Shown here one piece after another: positions 45,915 to 55,874 of a DNA stretch of 64,000 nucleotides (the first letter of the stretch is position 1; the number at the start of each line of letters is the position of its first letter). This DNA is from a virus: positions 1-64,000 of IMG/VR virus record IMGVR_UViG_3300045988_169928; one strand, given 5' to 3'. The notes beneath the pieces are model-generated. The model saw nothing but the letters and a program-made list of their open reading frames with translations, had not been told where the DNA came from and made no database searches. The position numbers and the translations under genes are program-made.

Positions 45915-48900
45915 TTATGATACTTTCTTGCTTGGGTCGTATTGCAAGTAACAACTTAATTTACGCACTCTAGGCGTCCTGAAATTGTTAGGACTTTGCA
46001 AGTATAACCTTACCTTGAATTGTGTTGCTAAGTGGTTTTGATCAGTTGCAGTCGGTACTACCGCCTCATATACATAACGGGTAAAGTAGTTTGTCTGTGC
46101 CTTGGTACTGGTTGGTGTAGAACTGGTAGCATTAGTCTTAGTTGTAGTGCTTGAAGCTCCACCACCACTAGGAAAGTTATACCAAGTTGTCCCACCATCA
46201 ACTGAATACATTGGGTTGACTTGTGGTAAGGCAGTACCAACTTCTGGAATGTAGGCGTCATACTGGAGCTTTACATAATTGAAGGCGGCGTCACCGCTTT
46301 CATCGACATTGATACTTTCATAACTAGCGGCCTTTCCAGTTAATACAGCCACTAATGATAAATCTTCTGTGGTTAAAACAGGTGCAATATAGTCATCAGA
46401 ATTAAAGTCGGCCTTTAGTTGCATTGCAAAGGTATTCTTAAAGGAGATTACCTCGCCATCTACCGTTTGAATGCTATCATCGCTAGTAACCGCTGGAACC
46501 CCATCTGTACTTGTAGCCGAAGGCATAGCCTGATTATTGTTATTTACAGGCAACGCTAACCATGGACAGTTAGCTAAAGCAGTCGATACACTAGCCCCTG
46601 TGTAAGTTGAAGAATCACCTTGCAATACCCGAATATACCAATTCATAGACGTGTTTTGGTAGGTTAAGTAAGAGGTTAGAGCGGCCAACCGATCTAAGGC
46701 AGTTAGCCGGTTCTTATTAGTAGAACTCTTACCATCAAGATTATCCCCTAAGTCCTTTATCCATGTTTCACTAGACTTAACCCAGTCAGCAATCACAATC
46801 GGGTCAAAGAGAATCTCGCCATTCTGTTGGTACTTACATACGTTAACCGCAAACTTAATTGAGCTTGTTCCATCAGCAGTCCAAGTTTGGGCGTTGTTAG
46901 AAATAAACATTACCCCATTTGAGTTTGGTGCCGAGGTTAAAGTATCACCAACAGATACGGTAACTGTATTGGAAATCTGGACATTCTTACCAGTAGCATT
47001 CGGGTCTTTGTTACTGATTGCATTCGGGTTAGTGTTGTAAACCGTAGCACTGGTTCCGGCGCTAACAACCTTTTGACCCTTGGTTGCCGAGAACACTTCA
47101 TAAGCATTACTATCAGAAATCAAGACGATCGCATAACCCCGATTACCAGTCAAAGTAACTGAATCGGTAAATGTTACTCGAGTACCTAAACTCCCATCAT
47201 CGGAAACTTGAATCTGATCTGGCGTTAATGTAACACTAGTCCGAACCACGTTGTTAGGATAACCATCATCTGACAATTCCCGAATTTGAACAATTAAATC
47301 AGAAGTGTGAGCAGTGTCACTCTTATCAGCCTTCTTATAGAAGTAGAGGTCAACAGAGGATAATTGCCGAGTTTCACCAATGGTAAATGATTGGGCCAAC
47401 GGGTCAACAATATCAACTGAATATACCCGCTTTTCAATGATATTTTCAGTTGTCTTTAAAGTACCTTGGGCAATGTAGTTGGTGCTTGCCTGATCGTTGG
47501 CATTATCAATAATCTTAACCGTCCGAGTACCACAACGAATTACCCCACCCGGAATCGTAAAGGTACCACGGATTTCACCATTAGCATTAGTCTTAAAGGC
47601 TCCATTAGTACCTTTATAATCATCACTAGCAGGCGTTGGGTCAAGAACCGCTACCCCATCAATGGTGATCTTATATCCATCGGAAAAGGCCGGTAAGTTT
47701 TGAGCCACAAATGAAATGGTTCGTTGCCGAATATACTCAATGGCACTTTCAGTAGTGGTAGACCCACCATCGGTTAGCATATACCCGGTCTGTTGACCTT
47801 CGTTTATCCAATTAATACCTTGTAAGTTAGAGTATTGGTACTGTTGGCTAATAGCGTCAGCATAAGATTGTGTTTTACCCGTCCGTCCGACAGCTAAATC
47901 CCCATTAGTATGGTACCACCACTTATTAAGGCTAACCTTACCAGCATCAGTTTCCCGAGTAACAGTAGTAGAATCTGTATCAATCCAATTATCACTAGCT
48001 GGGTCAATTGTTAAAGTCCCATTAGCACTAAAGATATTAAATTCGTTAACATTGGTTGTCCCAGTTGAAATTGGCTGATTAATTGCCACTTCTTCATGAT
48101 ATGGTGGGGTAACTAATGACCCCTTAATTGCTACTTGTGAACTGTCAAAGTTAACATTAGGAGTTAAGTCAGCCATTGCTTGGCTAGGTAATAGGATTTC
48201 ACCATTTTCAAAGTCATAAGCAACCGTAGAATTTTCATCGTCCCGGTTATTAATCGTGTTAAAGCTATCAGAAAGAACATCTTTCATCAAGCTAGGATCT
48301 TCCGACCGAGCAACCGTTTGGTTCATGTTAGCAATTGCTAAATTGTATTCGGTGTTAGTTAGCCGGCGTCCCCATTGTTGTAGTGTTTCAAAGGTTTGTC
48401 GAGTTACAGTCTGCATAGTAAAGACTGCATTGTGGGAGTTAGGATAGATTAATACATAACCTAATTCCAAGGTATACGGGTCATTAACCACAGGTGGAGT
48501 AACTGACGCAAGTGGGGCCGGTTGCCCTTCGATAACCTTGAATGGATTTGAGTTATCCATTGTAATCCTAATCATATCAATTCGTGCTTCAAAGTACACA
48601 TAAGATACAATGATAGTCGAACCAGCTACCGGCTTAGCCCCATTTGAATCATCAATATCAATATACGTAGTTCCACCATCTGAAACCACAGTATAATCAG
48701 TACCTTGAACTGCATTAGTTGAATAGTCATAAACTACTGTATAGGACTGACCTTGATTAGGAACATTAGCACCAGCCAAAGGCTTACCAGAAAGATCTTG
48801 ACCCCAGTGAATAACGTTGTTAACGTAGGTAAAATCTACACCTGCTGTATATTGGTTGGTGTTATCATAAACCTGACGAATATAGGTAACATTATCCGGG

Positions 48901-50396
48901 GTAAACGTATCTAGATTGCCACCACCAACAGGGCGAGTATAGGTTACTGTTTTACGTGAAGTAAAGCTAACCCCATTAACCACCTTAACAGGTTGGTTAA
49001 TCAGCTCATACTTACTACCGTCACCCTTATAGTAGTGACCTTCATTGGTAGTAGTTCCTGTATCGTTAGCAATTCGTACCCTTAAATTAGTTGTCGAATC
49101 AGTGGCAATCGAATAACCTTGAACATATGCTTGACCCTTATCTACATCTAACAAAATCTTGTTAGCGTCCATTGGGTCTTGAGCACCCTTAGTTGAATCA
49201 GAGTTTAAGTGAGGGTGAACCTCAAAGCCTTCTGTTCGGAAAGACCCTGACTGGTCATAAGTCCGCTTAGCTAAAATCTTGGTGATATTAGTGTAGTCTG
49301 GACGAACCTCACTTTGGTTAATAACGTTATCTTGGAATACAACGAAGTCAACGGCTGAATTATCATTATAGGTTAATACCACTTGATAATTCAAACGGTC
49401 AGCCCCAGCTAAACCATTAGTAACCGTACCCGGGGTATCATCTAATAAATCCTTATCATCGGCACTAGTAACAATCGTTTCATTTAATGCTAAACCAATT
49501 GTTTCCTTACCAGTCCCGGTAATGGAAAATGTTTGTTCATCAAATTCACGAACTAGCCCACCTAACCATACTCGACCAGCGGTAACTTTGTAATTCTTAA
49601 CCTTCTCTGTGCTAGAAGCAGTGGTTGTGTCCTTACTAGAAATTACATAAGGCTTTTCGGTTGTTCCTTCCACAACCATTGGGTTATTAATTACAACCCC
49701 TACAATGGAATTTGAGTTGTCATACCCCGCATTAATATATAATGCTAAGTCTGTATTACCAGAAATCAGGGTATCGAACACAACAACCACTTTGTGTGCA
49801 GTAGTAGTATTAATGTTTACCTGATTATTATTTGAATCAATGTTGTAGTTCGCACTCGCCATATCTGTTAATGACGAATTAAGCATTGCTACTCCATCAA
49901 GTGTCCACTTCTTTAAAGTAAGTTGAGAACTATCAAAGTCCAGATTTAACTTATCTAGAATACCCGTAGTCTTGGTAACGTTAAGGGCAATAGTTAGACC
50001 TAAGCCCTTAGTAACATTAACACTGAAACCCATTGCTGATTGGTCTGTGCTAACGTTAGCCGCACTGGTAAAGTTAATGTTACCCTTAGCTACATAATCA
50101 GTCGTAGAAAGGGTTGCATTAGTAGCACTAAGAGTGGCGACACTAAATAGGTTTTGACTATTACTGGTAGAAGAAGCCGTAGTAGCTACCGGTACCACCT
50201 GCATACCAGAAACTACCGCACCCTCGGCAAACACGGTTGATCCTAGCATATTTAACTGGTCATTTTTAATTGATTGTTCTTCTAATAACTCTTGGGAAAG
50301 GGCGGGGCGTCCCGGACGAAATAGCACCTCGCTAAAACGCTTTGCCCGATTAAATTTATTATTGTAAGGCAAAACGCTTGTATCAATTGTTGCCAT
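45915..50396 (-). CDS. large virion structural protein (1493 aa), probable baseplate hub or distal tail protein
   Basis: Size and position directly after the tape measure protein. Conserved-looking N-terminal FNRAKRFSEVLFRPGRPALSQEL. Confidence 0.55.
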   Translation of the reverse strand: MATIDTSVLPYNNKFNRAKRFSEVLFRPGRPALSQELLEEQSIKNDQLNMLGSTVFAEGAVVSGMQVVPVATTASSTSNSQNLFSVATLSATNATLSTTDYVAKGNINFTSAANVSTDQSAMGFSVNVTKGLGLTIALNVTKTTGILDKLNLDFDSSQLTLKKWTLDGVAMLNSSLTDMASANYNIDSNNNQVNINTTTAHKVVVVFDTLISGNTDLALYINAGYDNSNSIVGVVINNPMVVEGTTEKPYVISSKDTTTASSTEKVKNYKVTAGRVWLGGLVREFDEQTFSITGTGKETIGLALNETIVTSADDKDLLDDTPGTVTNGLAGADRLNYQVVLTYNDNSAVDFVVFQDNVINQSEVRPDYTNITKILAKRTYDQSGSFRTEGFEVHPHLNSDSTKGAQDPMDANKILLDVDKGQAYVQGYSIATDSTTNLRVRIANDTGTTTNEGHYYKGDGSKYELINQPVKVVNGVSFTSRKTVTYTRPVGGGNLDTFTPDNVTYIRQVYDNTNQYTAGVDFTYVNNVIHWGQDLSGKPLAGANVPNQGQSYTVVYDYSTNAVQGTDYTVVSDGGTTYIDIDDSNGAKPVAGSTIIVSYVYFEARIDMIRITMDNSNPFKVIEGQPAPLASVTPPVVNDPYTLELGYVLIYPNSHNAVFTMQTVTRQTFETLQQWGRRLTNTEYNLAIANMNQTVARSEDPSLMKDVLSDSFNTINNRDDENSTVAYDFENGEILLPSQAMADLTPNVNFDSSQVAIKGSLVTPPYHEEVAINQPISTGTTNVNEFNIFSANGTLTIDPASDNWIDTDSTTVTRETDAGKVSLNKWWYHTNGDLAVGRTGKTQSYADAISQQYQYSNLQGINWINEGQQTGYMLTDGGSTTTESAIEYIRQRTISFVAQNLPAFSDGYKITIDGVAVLDPTPASDDYKGTNGAFKTNANGEIRGTFTIPGGVIRCGTRTVKIIDNANDQASTNYIAQGTLKTTENIIEKRVYSVDIVDPLAQSFTIGETRQLSSVDLYFYKKADKSDTAHTSDLIVQIRELSDDGYPNNVVRTSVTLTPDQIQVSDDGSLGTRVTFTDSVTLTGNRGYAIVLISDSNAYEVFSATKGQKVVSAGTSATVYNTNPNAISNKDPNATGKNVQISNTVTVSVGDTLTSAPNSNGVMFISNNAQTWTADGTSSIKFAVNVCKYQQNGEILFDPIVIADWVKSSETWIKDLGDNLDGKSSTNKNRLTALDRLAALTSYLTYQNTSMNWYIRVLQGDSSTYTGASVSTALANCPWLALPVNNNNQAMPSATSTDGVPAVTSDDSIQTVDGEVISFKNTFAMQLKADFNSDDYIAPVLTTEDLSLVAVLTGKAASYESINVDESGDAAFNYVKLQYDAYIPEVGTALPQVNPMYSVDGGTTWYNFPSGGGASSTTTKTNATSSTPTSTKAQTNYFTRYVYEAVVPTATDQNHLATQFKVRLYLQSPNNFRTPRVRKLSCYLQYDPSKKVS

Positions 50397-50440
50397 TAAT
50401 TTTAGTCCTTTCTATAAGGTTTGTTCTACTTTAATATAGT

Positions 50441-50785
50441 CTAGTGTTCCTCATTGACTACTTGTAGTTCTTCTTGATCGGTCTTTTTTCCATACTCAAA
50501 AATCTTCTTGGGGTTAAAGCCGTCCCAATAATCAATAGGGTTGTTATCCTTGTCCACAACCTTAACTACCGGGAATGACATTGCATTATAACGGGTCTTT
50601 AACTTATCTACCAAGTGTTCCCGATAAGCAACCTTGTCCGGGTCATCAGTCGTGAAATCAGCTAGATTAGGCTTTGATTCATCACCATAGTAGTTAGTAG
50701 CAACAGCGGACTTCATGCCCCGCAACAGGGCCATCGTACGCATACAATTAGAACAGTCTGTCTTTTCATAGATTACAAAGTGCAT
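50441..50785 (-). CDS. NrdH/glutaredoxin-like redoxin
   Basis: CSNC (CxxC) lies near the N-terminus after a beta-strand. The C-terminal SFPVVKVVDKDNNPIDYWDGFNPKKI matches the NrdH motif VPVV....W.GFRPDKI. Confidence 0.55.
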   Translation of the reverse strand: MHFVIYEKTDCSNCMRTMALLRGMKSAVATNYYGDESKPNLADFTTDDPDKVAYREHLVDKLKTRYNAMSFPVVKVVDKDNNPIDYWDGFNPKKIFEYGKKTDQEELQVVNEEH

Positions 50786-50797
50786 TCTAGTTCCTCC

Positions 50798-53700
50798 TTA
50801 ATGTGAGTAGTAGTCTAACATTATCTGTTGTTGGCTATTATTAACCCACGCATTAAATGTATCGTTAATGATACTATCTATAATATCATTTTTATTCCGG
50901 CTTTGAACGGCTTGTGACGTATCTATTTTAACTTTTATTTTCGGAGCATTTCTCTTTACCCTATGAACAACGCTATTAGCTTGGTTAAGGGTTGTGTAAC
51001 GAGTCTGCAAAGCCCTCAAGTCAAGCACAGATACTGGGGCACTTTCTCGGCTAGTACACATACCTTGAATAGGGCCTGTCATACTCCCCCCGGTAGCATG
51101 AGTTACTAAGCCCCCATTAGCATAACCTCGGGTAGGGCCAGAAGGCGACCAACCAGCGTGACCATAGAGATAGCTGGCCCAGTTAGCAATGTTAAAGAAA
51201 GCATAAAGTTGATCAACCCCGGAAAGGATATTATCGTGACCCTTAACTTTATACTTGTTAAAGGTTCCTTGAATCATCTGTAATAGCCCTTTAGCCGGGT
51301 CACCATTAGCTGAATTAACATCTTGAATTTGTTGAGTAATTGTTTGATCATAGTTTGATTCACCAGCAATTAACTTCATTAAGTTTTCTAGCTGTGAATC
51401 ACTAATGTCAACCCCCATTGCCTTAGCAACTTCCTTGGCCTTCTTTAACCAGTATTCCTTTGACTTAGTTGCCCCATCATTGGAAACGTCACCAGCAGTC
51501 TTAGAATCACTTGAACCATTCTTGGCCGCATTCTTAACTTTCTTATATATCTCGTTGAACCACATTCTCAAATGTTTAATTAATTGCTTTTGAGAAGCAT
51601 TAACATCTTTGTGTTTAACACGATATACGCCTAGCTCGGACAGAAAATGTAAAATCCCGTCCTTAATACTAGTAAGAATACTTTTATGCTTAGCTGACTT
51701 TTTACGTGGTGTATATGCTTGACTATTTTGTGTACGTGATTGTGTACGTGATTGTGTACTGGTCATCTTGGCTTTGTTATCCTTGTCTTTGGTACTTGCC
51801 TTAGCATTGCCTGACATTAATAACAAACCAGTTCCAATCCCAACCCCTATACCAACAATGGTACCAACTTTACCTGTCTTAGGCATTTTAGACAGAACCG
51901 AAAGCCCAGATTTAGCAACACTCTTTATACCAGCCCCCATTGTCGCCATTGTACCACCTTCAATAGCGGCATTGATAATACCATCACCAGCTCCCATCAA
52001 GGCACTTCCACCAATAATTCCCATTGCACCTATCTTTGGGTGAGAATTGACAAAAGAACTTAGATTACGTCTTAAACCATCTAGTGATTGGGACGCTTTA
52101 ATTTGTGATGATTGAATTGCTTGCTGTTGGGAGCGAATGGAGCTAGTACCAGTCTTATGATACTTCTTACTATTTACCCCTTTACCTTTAGTCTGTTTCT
52201 TAACGTTAGCACGGGTAAACTTGCCATCAGCATACAACTTGACTAATGAATTAGCCTGTTCATATGATAGTGAGTTTCCAGACAAAGTTACCAAGTTTTG
52301 AGTAGTAACTGCAATTGCCCCGGACTTGCTACTGGTTTGCTGTCTAGCAGTCCGATATAAGTTACCAATAGGTGTCTTGTATAGATAAGGGTCTGACTTA
52401 GCCCGTTGTGCAGTCTTTAAGGCTACCATATTACCGGATTGATTATACCCAGTAAAGTTCTTGTTATCTAACCATAATGATAACTGTTGGTTTTGGTTAT
52501 TAGCATTATTAGATACATTAGCTAAACCAGAATAGGCTTGGGCACCCGCACTACCTTGCCAAGAAGAACCAGTCTTACTCATCATTGACTGGAAACCAGC
52601 AATATTAATCTGATCATTAGTGGTCAACTTACCACTAGTTGCCGCTGTCTGATACATACTAGATAAGGCTTTTAATTGGGAATCAGCCTTCGCACTAGTA
52701 TGAGAATTGGTTAAGCTATTCTGAATTGCGTCTGCTAAACGTTCACTATCACTTGCTGACAAGCCTTGCGTATTAGTAAGCCCAGCCACACCTAATAAAT
52801 TAACAACTGTATCGTTACTTGCCCCGTTTGTAAGAGCCAAAGCTCCCCAAGTGTTAGTAAGACGAGAAATAGACTTGTTTGATAAATTACCTTTACCAGT
52901 ATTGCGAGTATACGCCCCTAAATAAGCTGAACTTTCTGATAAGTCCATTCCTAACTTATTATTACCCAAGGTGTTGACAATGCTGTTATCACCACCGCCC
53001 CGTGCATACATAGCACCGGCAATATTGTTAAAGTTAGTAAGACGGGCATTACTACCTTGTGATACATAATAAGGGCCAGCAATTAAAGCGGTTCTAACTG
53101 CTTGACGAATTAAGAAAGAATGGTGATTGTGGATATACCCAGCAATAGAATCATTGCTAGGTAATACCTTAATGGTATCTTTGGTATCAGTATTATTAGT
53201 AACATTATCAATACTGGTCTTAGCGTGAATTGCTTCACCAGTCCTAGTAACCGCTTCTTGAGCTTGAGTTAGCCGATTAGACAACTCATCTAGATACTTA
53301 CCACTCTTTGATAAGTTATTTAATTGCTCCCTAATTCCTGCTAGGGTGTTTACATCATCGACACTTAAACTATCTTGGCCCTTAATTTGATCTTGTCGAG
53401 AACTTAATTCGTCAATCTGGGATTGAATGTTATTCCGTTGATCAGTTACTTGGCTATCTAAATCAGTTATTTTTTCTCGGGTATACTGATTATTTGATAC
53501 ATACTCCTGATACTTTTGGTAAGTAACAACCCCAGAATCGACACTCTGATTCCAACGATTAGATTGAGTTGTTGATCTTAAAACGATATTCTTAACTTCT
53601 TTACCTAATTCAGAATTAACAAAATCGTTGGCTTGTTGTTGATCAGCATACTCTGAACTCTGATATACCTTTGATGAAGATAGATTAAATGACTGAATAT

Positions 53701-54034
53701 CTTGATATTTATCACTGTTGGCTAAGGAATTAATTTGACCAATTCCTTGGGTAGCTTTATCTAAGGCGTCAACCAATTGTTGATAAGCCTGTCGGTTATA
53801 AAGGGTGGTACTATTTAATTCACCCTCAAGGTTATCTTGTTGTTCCTTGAGTTGGTTAAGTGCGTCTACTAGATCACGTTGTAAATTCGTAGACCGCTTA
53901 TTAGAGATTGTATTATTGTTGTTAACCCCGGATTTATAAACCCGGTCAATTTCTTTCTCAAGCTGTTTAACTCGTTTTTGTAAAGGAACAGCAGTCCCAC
54001 TTGCCAGCTTTAATGTTAAATCATATTCAGTCAT
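50798..54034 (-). CDS. tail tape measure protein with a C-terminal lytic transglycosylase (SLT) domain
   Basis: Long helical Q/S/N-rich protein with a glycine-rich TM-like segment GAGDGIINAAIEGGTMATMGAG. SLT motifs ESNYDQT...GLLQMIQGTF...Y near the C-terminus. The ORF-track start at 54052 is TTG. ATG at 54034 has an RBS GGTGGTGA. Confidence 0.8.
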   Translation of the reverse strand: MTEYDLTLKLASGTAVPLQKRVKQLEKEIDRVYKSGVNNNNTISNKRSTNLQRDLVDALNQLKEQQDNLEGELNSTTLYNRQAYQQLVDALDKATQGIGQINSLANSDKYQDIQSFNLSSSKVYQSSEYADQQQANDFVNSELGKEVKNIVLRSTTQSNRWNQSVDSGVVTYQKYQEYVSNNQYTREKITDLDSQVTDQRNNIQSQIDELSSRQDQIKGQDSLSVDDVNTLAGIREQLNNLSKSGKYLDELSNRLTQAQEAVTRTGEAIHAKTSIDNVTNNTDTKDTIKVLPSNDSIAGYIHNHHSFLIRQAVRTALIAGPYYVSQGSNARLTNFNNIAGAMYARGGGDNSIVNTLGNNKLGMDLSESSAYLGAYTRNTGKGNLSNKSISRLTNTWGALALTNGASNDTVVNLLGVAGLTNTQGLSASDSERLADAIQNSLTNSHTSAKADSQLKALSSMYQTAATSGKLTTNDQINIAGFQSMMSKTGSSWQGSAGAQAYSGLANVSNNANNQNQQLSLWLDNKNFTGYNQSGNMVALKTAQRAKSDPYLYKTPIGNLYRTARQQTSSKSGAIAVTTQNLVTLSGNSLSYEQANSLVKLYADGKFTRANVKKQTKGKGVNSKKYHKTGTSSIRSQQQAIQSSQIKASQSLDGLRRNLSSFVNSHPKIGAMGIIGGSALMGAGDGIINAAIEGGTMATMGAGIKSVAKSGLSVLSKMPKTGKVGTIVGIGVGIGTGLLLMSGNAKASTKDKDNKAKMTSTQSRTQSRTQNSQAYTPRKKSAKHKSILTSIKDGILHFLSELGVYRVKHKDVNASQKQLIKHLRMWFNEIYKKVKNAAKNGSSDSKTAGDVSNDGATKSKEYWLKKAKEVAKAMGVDISDSQLENLMKLIAGESNYDQTITQQIQDVNSANGDPAKGLLQMIQGTFNKYKVKGHDNILSGVDQLYAFFNIANWASYLYGHAGWSPSGPTRGYANGGLVTHATGGSMTGPIQGMCTSRESAPVSVLDLRALQTRYTTLNQANSVVHRVKRNAPKIKVKIDTSQAVQSRNKNDIIDSIINDTFNAWVNNSQQQIMLDYYSH

Positions 54035-54090
54035 TATTTCACCACCTATCAATCGTAATATACAAGAAAAGACCTACTTTTCGGTAGGTC

Positions 54091-54705
54091 TTAATCATTA
54101 TCTTGATACTGTTTAGAATCTTTAAGAATGTCGTCCCAATTCTGTTGAATCTGTTGGTGGGCACTTTCTTGTTTCTTTTGATGTTCATACAGGGCAGTAT
54201 TGATCTTTTCAGTAATTTCTTTATCATACTGTGATAAGTCCTTAGCTTGCATACCAGCATTAATATCTGTCTTTTGCTTTAATTGTAAGGACTGTTGATA
54301 AAGTTTATCTAGATCTTCATCACCCTCAAGAAGATCTTCTTCCTTGTTAGAATAGAACTTCTTTTCAAAACTATCATCAGAGTACGAAGCCGTTTCTTCC
54401 ATACCCTTAGCGGCCAATTCTTGTTCATGAACGTCCTCATTCATAGACTGAATGATAAATTCACGCTGTGCATAGGTTAATGACCTAAGTTTAGGGTCAT
54501 TAGGAAGAACCCTAAAAAATTTCATGATTGCCCACAAGTTACGACCAGAAACTGACTTAACTAGTGGTTCAATCCCACCAACCTTATTGATTGCGGGACT
54601 AACTAATGGGTTGTAATTCTCAACTTCATCATCTTTATTGTGCTTGGGTGTCCAGAAAGGAGTATAACCATTCTTGATAGTCCCCCCATACTTGGAATAA
54701 CACAT
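54091..54705 (-). CDS. tail assembly chaperone, frameshift-extension ORF (T part of G/GT)
   Basis: It overlaps the 3' end of 54635..55279 by 71 nt in the +1 frame, immediately upstream of the tape measure gene. Confidence 0.5.
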   Translation of the reverse strand: MCYSKYGGTIKNGYTPFWTPKHNKDDEVENYNPLVSPAINKVGGIEPLVKSVSGRNLWAIMKFFRVLPNDPKLRSLTYAQREFIIQSMNEDVHEQELAAKGMEETASYSDDSFEKKFYSNKEEDLLEGDEDLDKLYQQSLQLKQKTDINAGMQAKDLSQYDKEITEKINTALYEHQKKQESAHQQIQQNWDDILKDSKQYQDND

Positions 54706-55279
54706 CTGTCCGATAAGTGTTATCTAAATTAGTAAACCATACAGGGACATTATCACCAACTACTTGGAAGTAGGCAATAGCTAGGAATAAATCCTTTGCA
54801 TTAGCTAGGAAGCCATCACCTAAACCATTAGTCAACTCAACGTAATTTCCTTGAATCTTGGCCTGTTCTGCTACGCTCGGTGCGTGCATTTTAACCACAA
54901 TCTTCTTTTGCTTAGTTCCATTGGTAGGGGAACTAACATCATAAGTATATTCCTTGACAAAATGATAAGCGTCATTCGAGCTAGTAATATCAGCTAATGC
55001 TTCTTGTTCCTTGGAATAACGCTTAGAACTATTCTTAGCGTCAAGCTGATCAGTTAAATCAGCATTTTCTTCCTTGGCCTTCTTTAACTGTTCCTCTAAT
55101 TGCTTAACTCGTAAATCCGTGTCTACCGGAGTATCTTTCTTCTCAACCTTCTTTTCTTCCTCTTTAGGAGCCGTTCCACCTACTGGTGCCCGACCCGTCC
55201 GCTTAGCAATTTCAGCTTGCTGACGTTCCTTCTCCCGCATTTCCTTTAGAATCTGTTCTCGTTGTTGACTTGTTGCCAT
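54635..55279 (-). CDS. tail assembly chaperone (G-like)
   Basis: Position upstream of the tape measure gene, an overlapping downstream ORF, and a GGGGGG run at plus 54682-54687 within the overlap. Confidence 0.55.
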   Translation of the reverse strand: MATSQQREQILKEMREKERQQAEIAKRTGRAPVGGTAPKEEEKKVEKKDTPVDTDLRVKQLEEQLKKAKEENADLTDQLDAKNSSKRYSKEQEALADITSSNDAYHFVKEYTYDVSSPTNGTKQKKIVVKMHAPSVAEQAKIQGNYVELTNGLGDGFLANAKDLFLAIAYFQVVGDNVPVWFTNLDNTYRTDVLFQVWGDYQEWLYSFLDTQAQ

Positions 55280-55537
55280 CTAATCTTCACCTCGTTGTTT
55301 CCTGATACTTGTATCAAGTTTTCTGATTTCCTTAATTATATCATCTAAAGGTAAACCAGAAACCTTAGCCAAAGCATAATAGAACCTTACAGACTTATTA
55401 TAAATATTTCCTTGATAAGCAAGGTCAGAATTTAAAACATTAAGAGGTACTTTAAGAATCTTTGCAAACTGTTCTTTGTCAATATCATGATTCTTAACAT
55501 ACATACCAATTGCGTTTAATCGATCTGGACTAACCAT
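55280..55537 (-). CDS. hypothetical protein (85 aa)
   Basis: ORF. Confidence 0.5.
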   Translation of the reverse strand: MVSPDRLNAIGMYVKNHDIDKEQFAKILKVPLNVLNSDLAYQGNIYNKSVRFYYALAKVSGLPLDDIIKEIRKLDTSIRKQRGED

Positions 55538-55544
55538 AGTATCA

Positions 55545-55769
55545 TTACTTCCCTTCTTCTAACTTTAAGCATTCTTTCATTACTTCGCCTGTCGTTTTGT
55601 TGACAAACTTAGCAAGGCTTTCCATATGGCAAAAACGGATATTACCAAACTTAGAATGAGCACGGTAATTAACTGACTGCTTGAACACACCCTCAAATTC
55701 AGCTAGTTTCACCTGACTAATTCCGTGCTTCTTGAGATACTTTCCATAACCGTTTAACAATTTAATCAC
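55545..55769 (-). CDS. hypothetical protein (74 aa)
   Basis: ORF. Promoter TTGACA-17-CATAAT at 55795-55823. Confidence 0.5.
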   Translation of the reverse strand: MIKLLNGYGKYLKKHGISQVKLAEFEGVFKQSVNYRAHSKFGNIRFCHMESLAKFVNKTTGEVMKECLKLEEGK

Positions 55770-55794
55770 TCCTTTGTTCCTTTATGACATCTTT

Positions 55795-55823
55795 ATTATG
55801 CAACAATCATAGCTAATTGTCAA
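55795..55823 (-). promoter_or_regulatory. sigma70-like promoter (TTGACA-17-CATAAT) driving the chaperone/TMP block
   Basis: Plus tgtcaa 55818-55823 and attatg 55795-55800. Confidence 0.5.
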
Positions 55824-55874
55824 CACTTTTTTTAGATTAACAGGTTATATTAAGTAAGAAATGGTGGTGATTAA

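Noticed and set aside
54035-54052. Tape-measure ORF-track start 18 nt upstream of the ATG
   Set aside because: That codon is TTG. The ATG at 54034 has a well-spaced GGTGGTGA RBS.
54682-54687. -1 frameshift at the G6 run as the chaperone recoding mechanism
   Set aside because: A -1 shift leads into a frame that terminates after 27 codons. The long conserved-length extension is in the +1 frame. I favor +1, and the question stays open in the findings.
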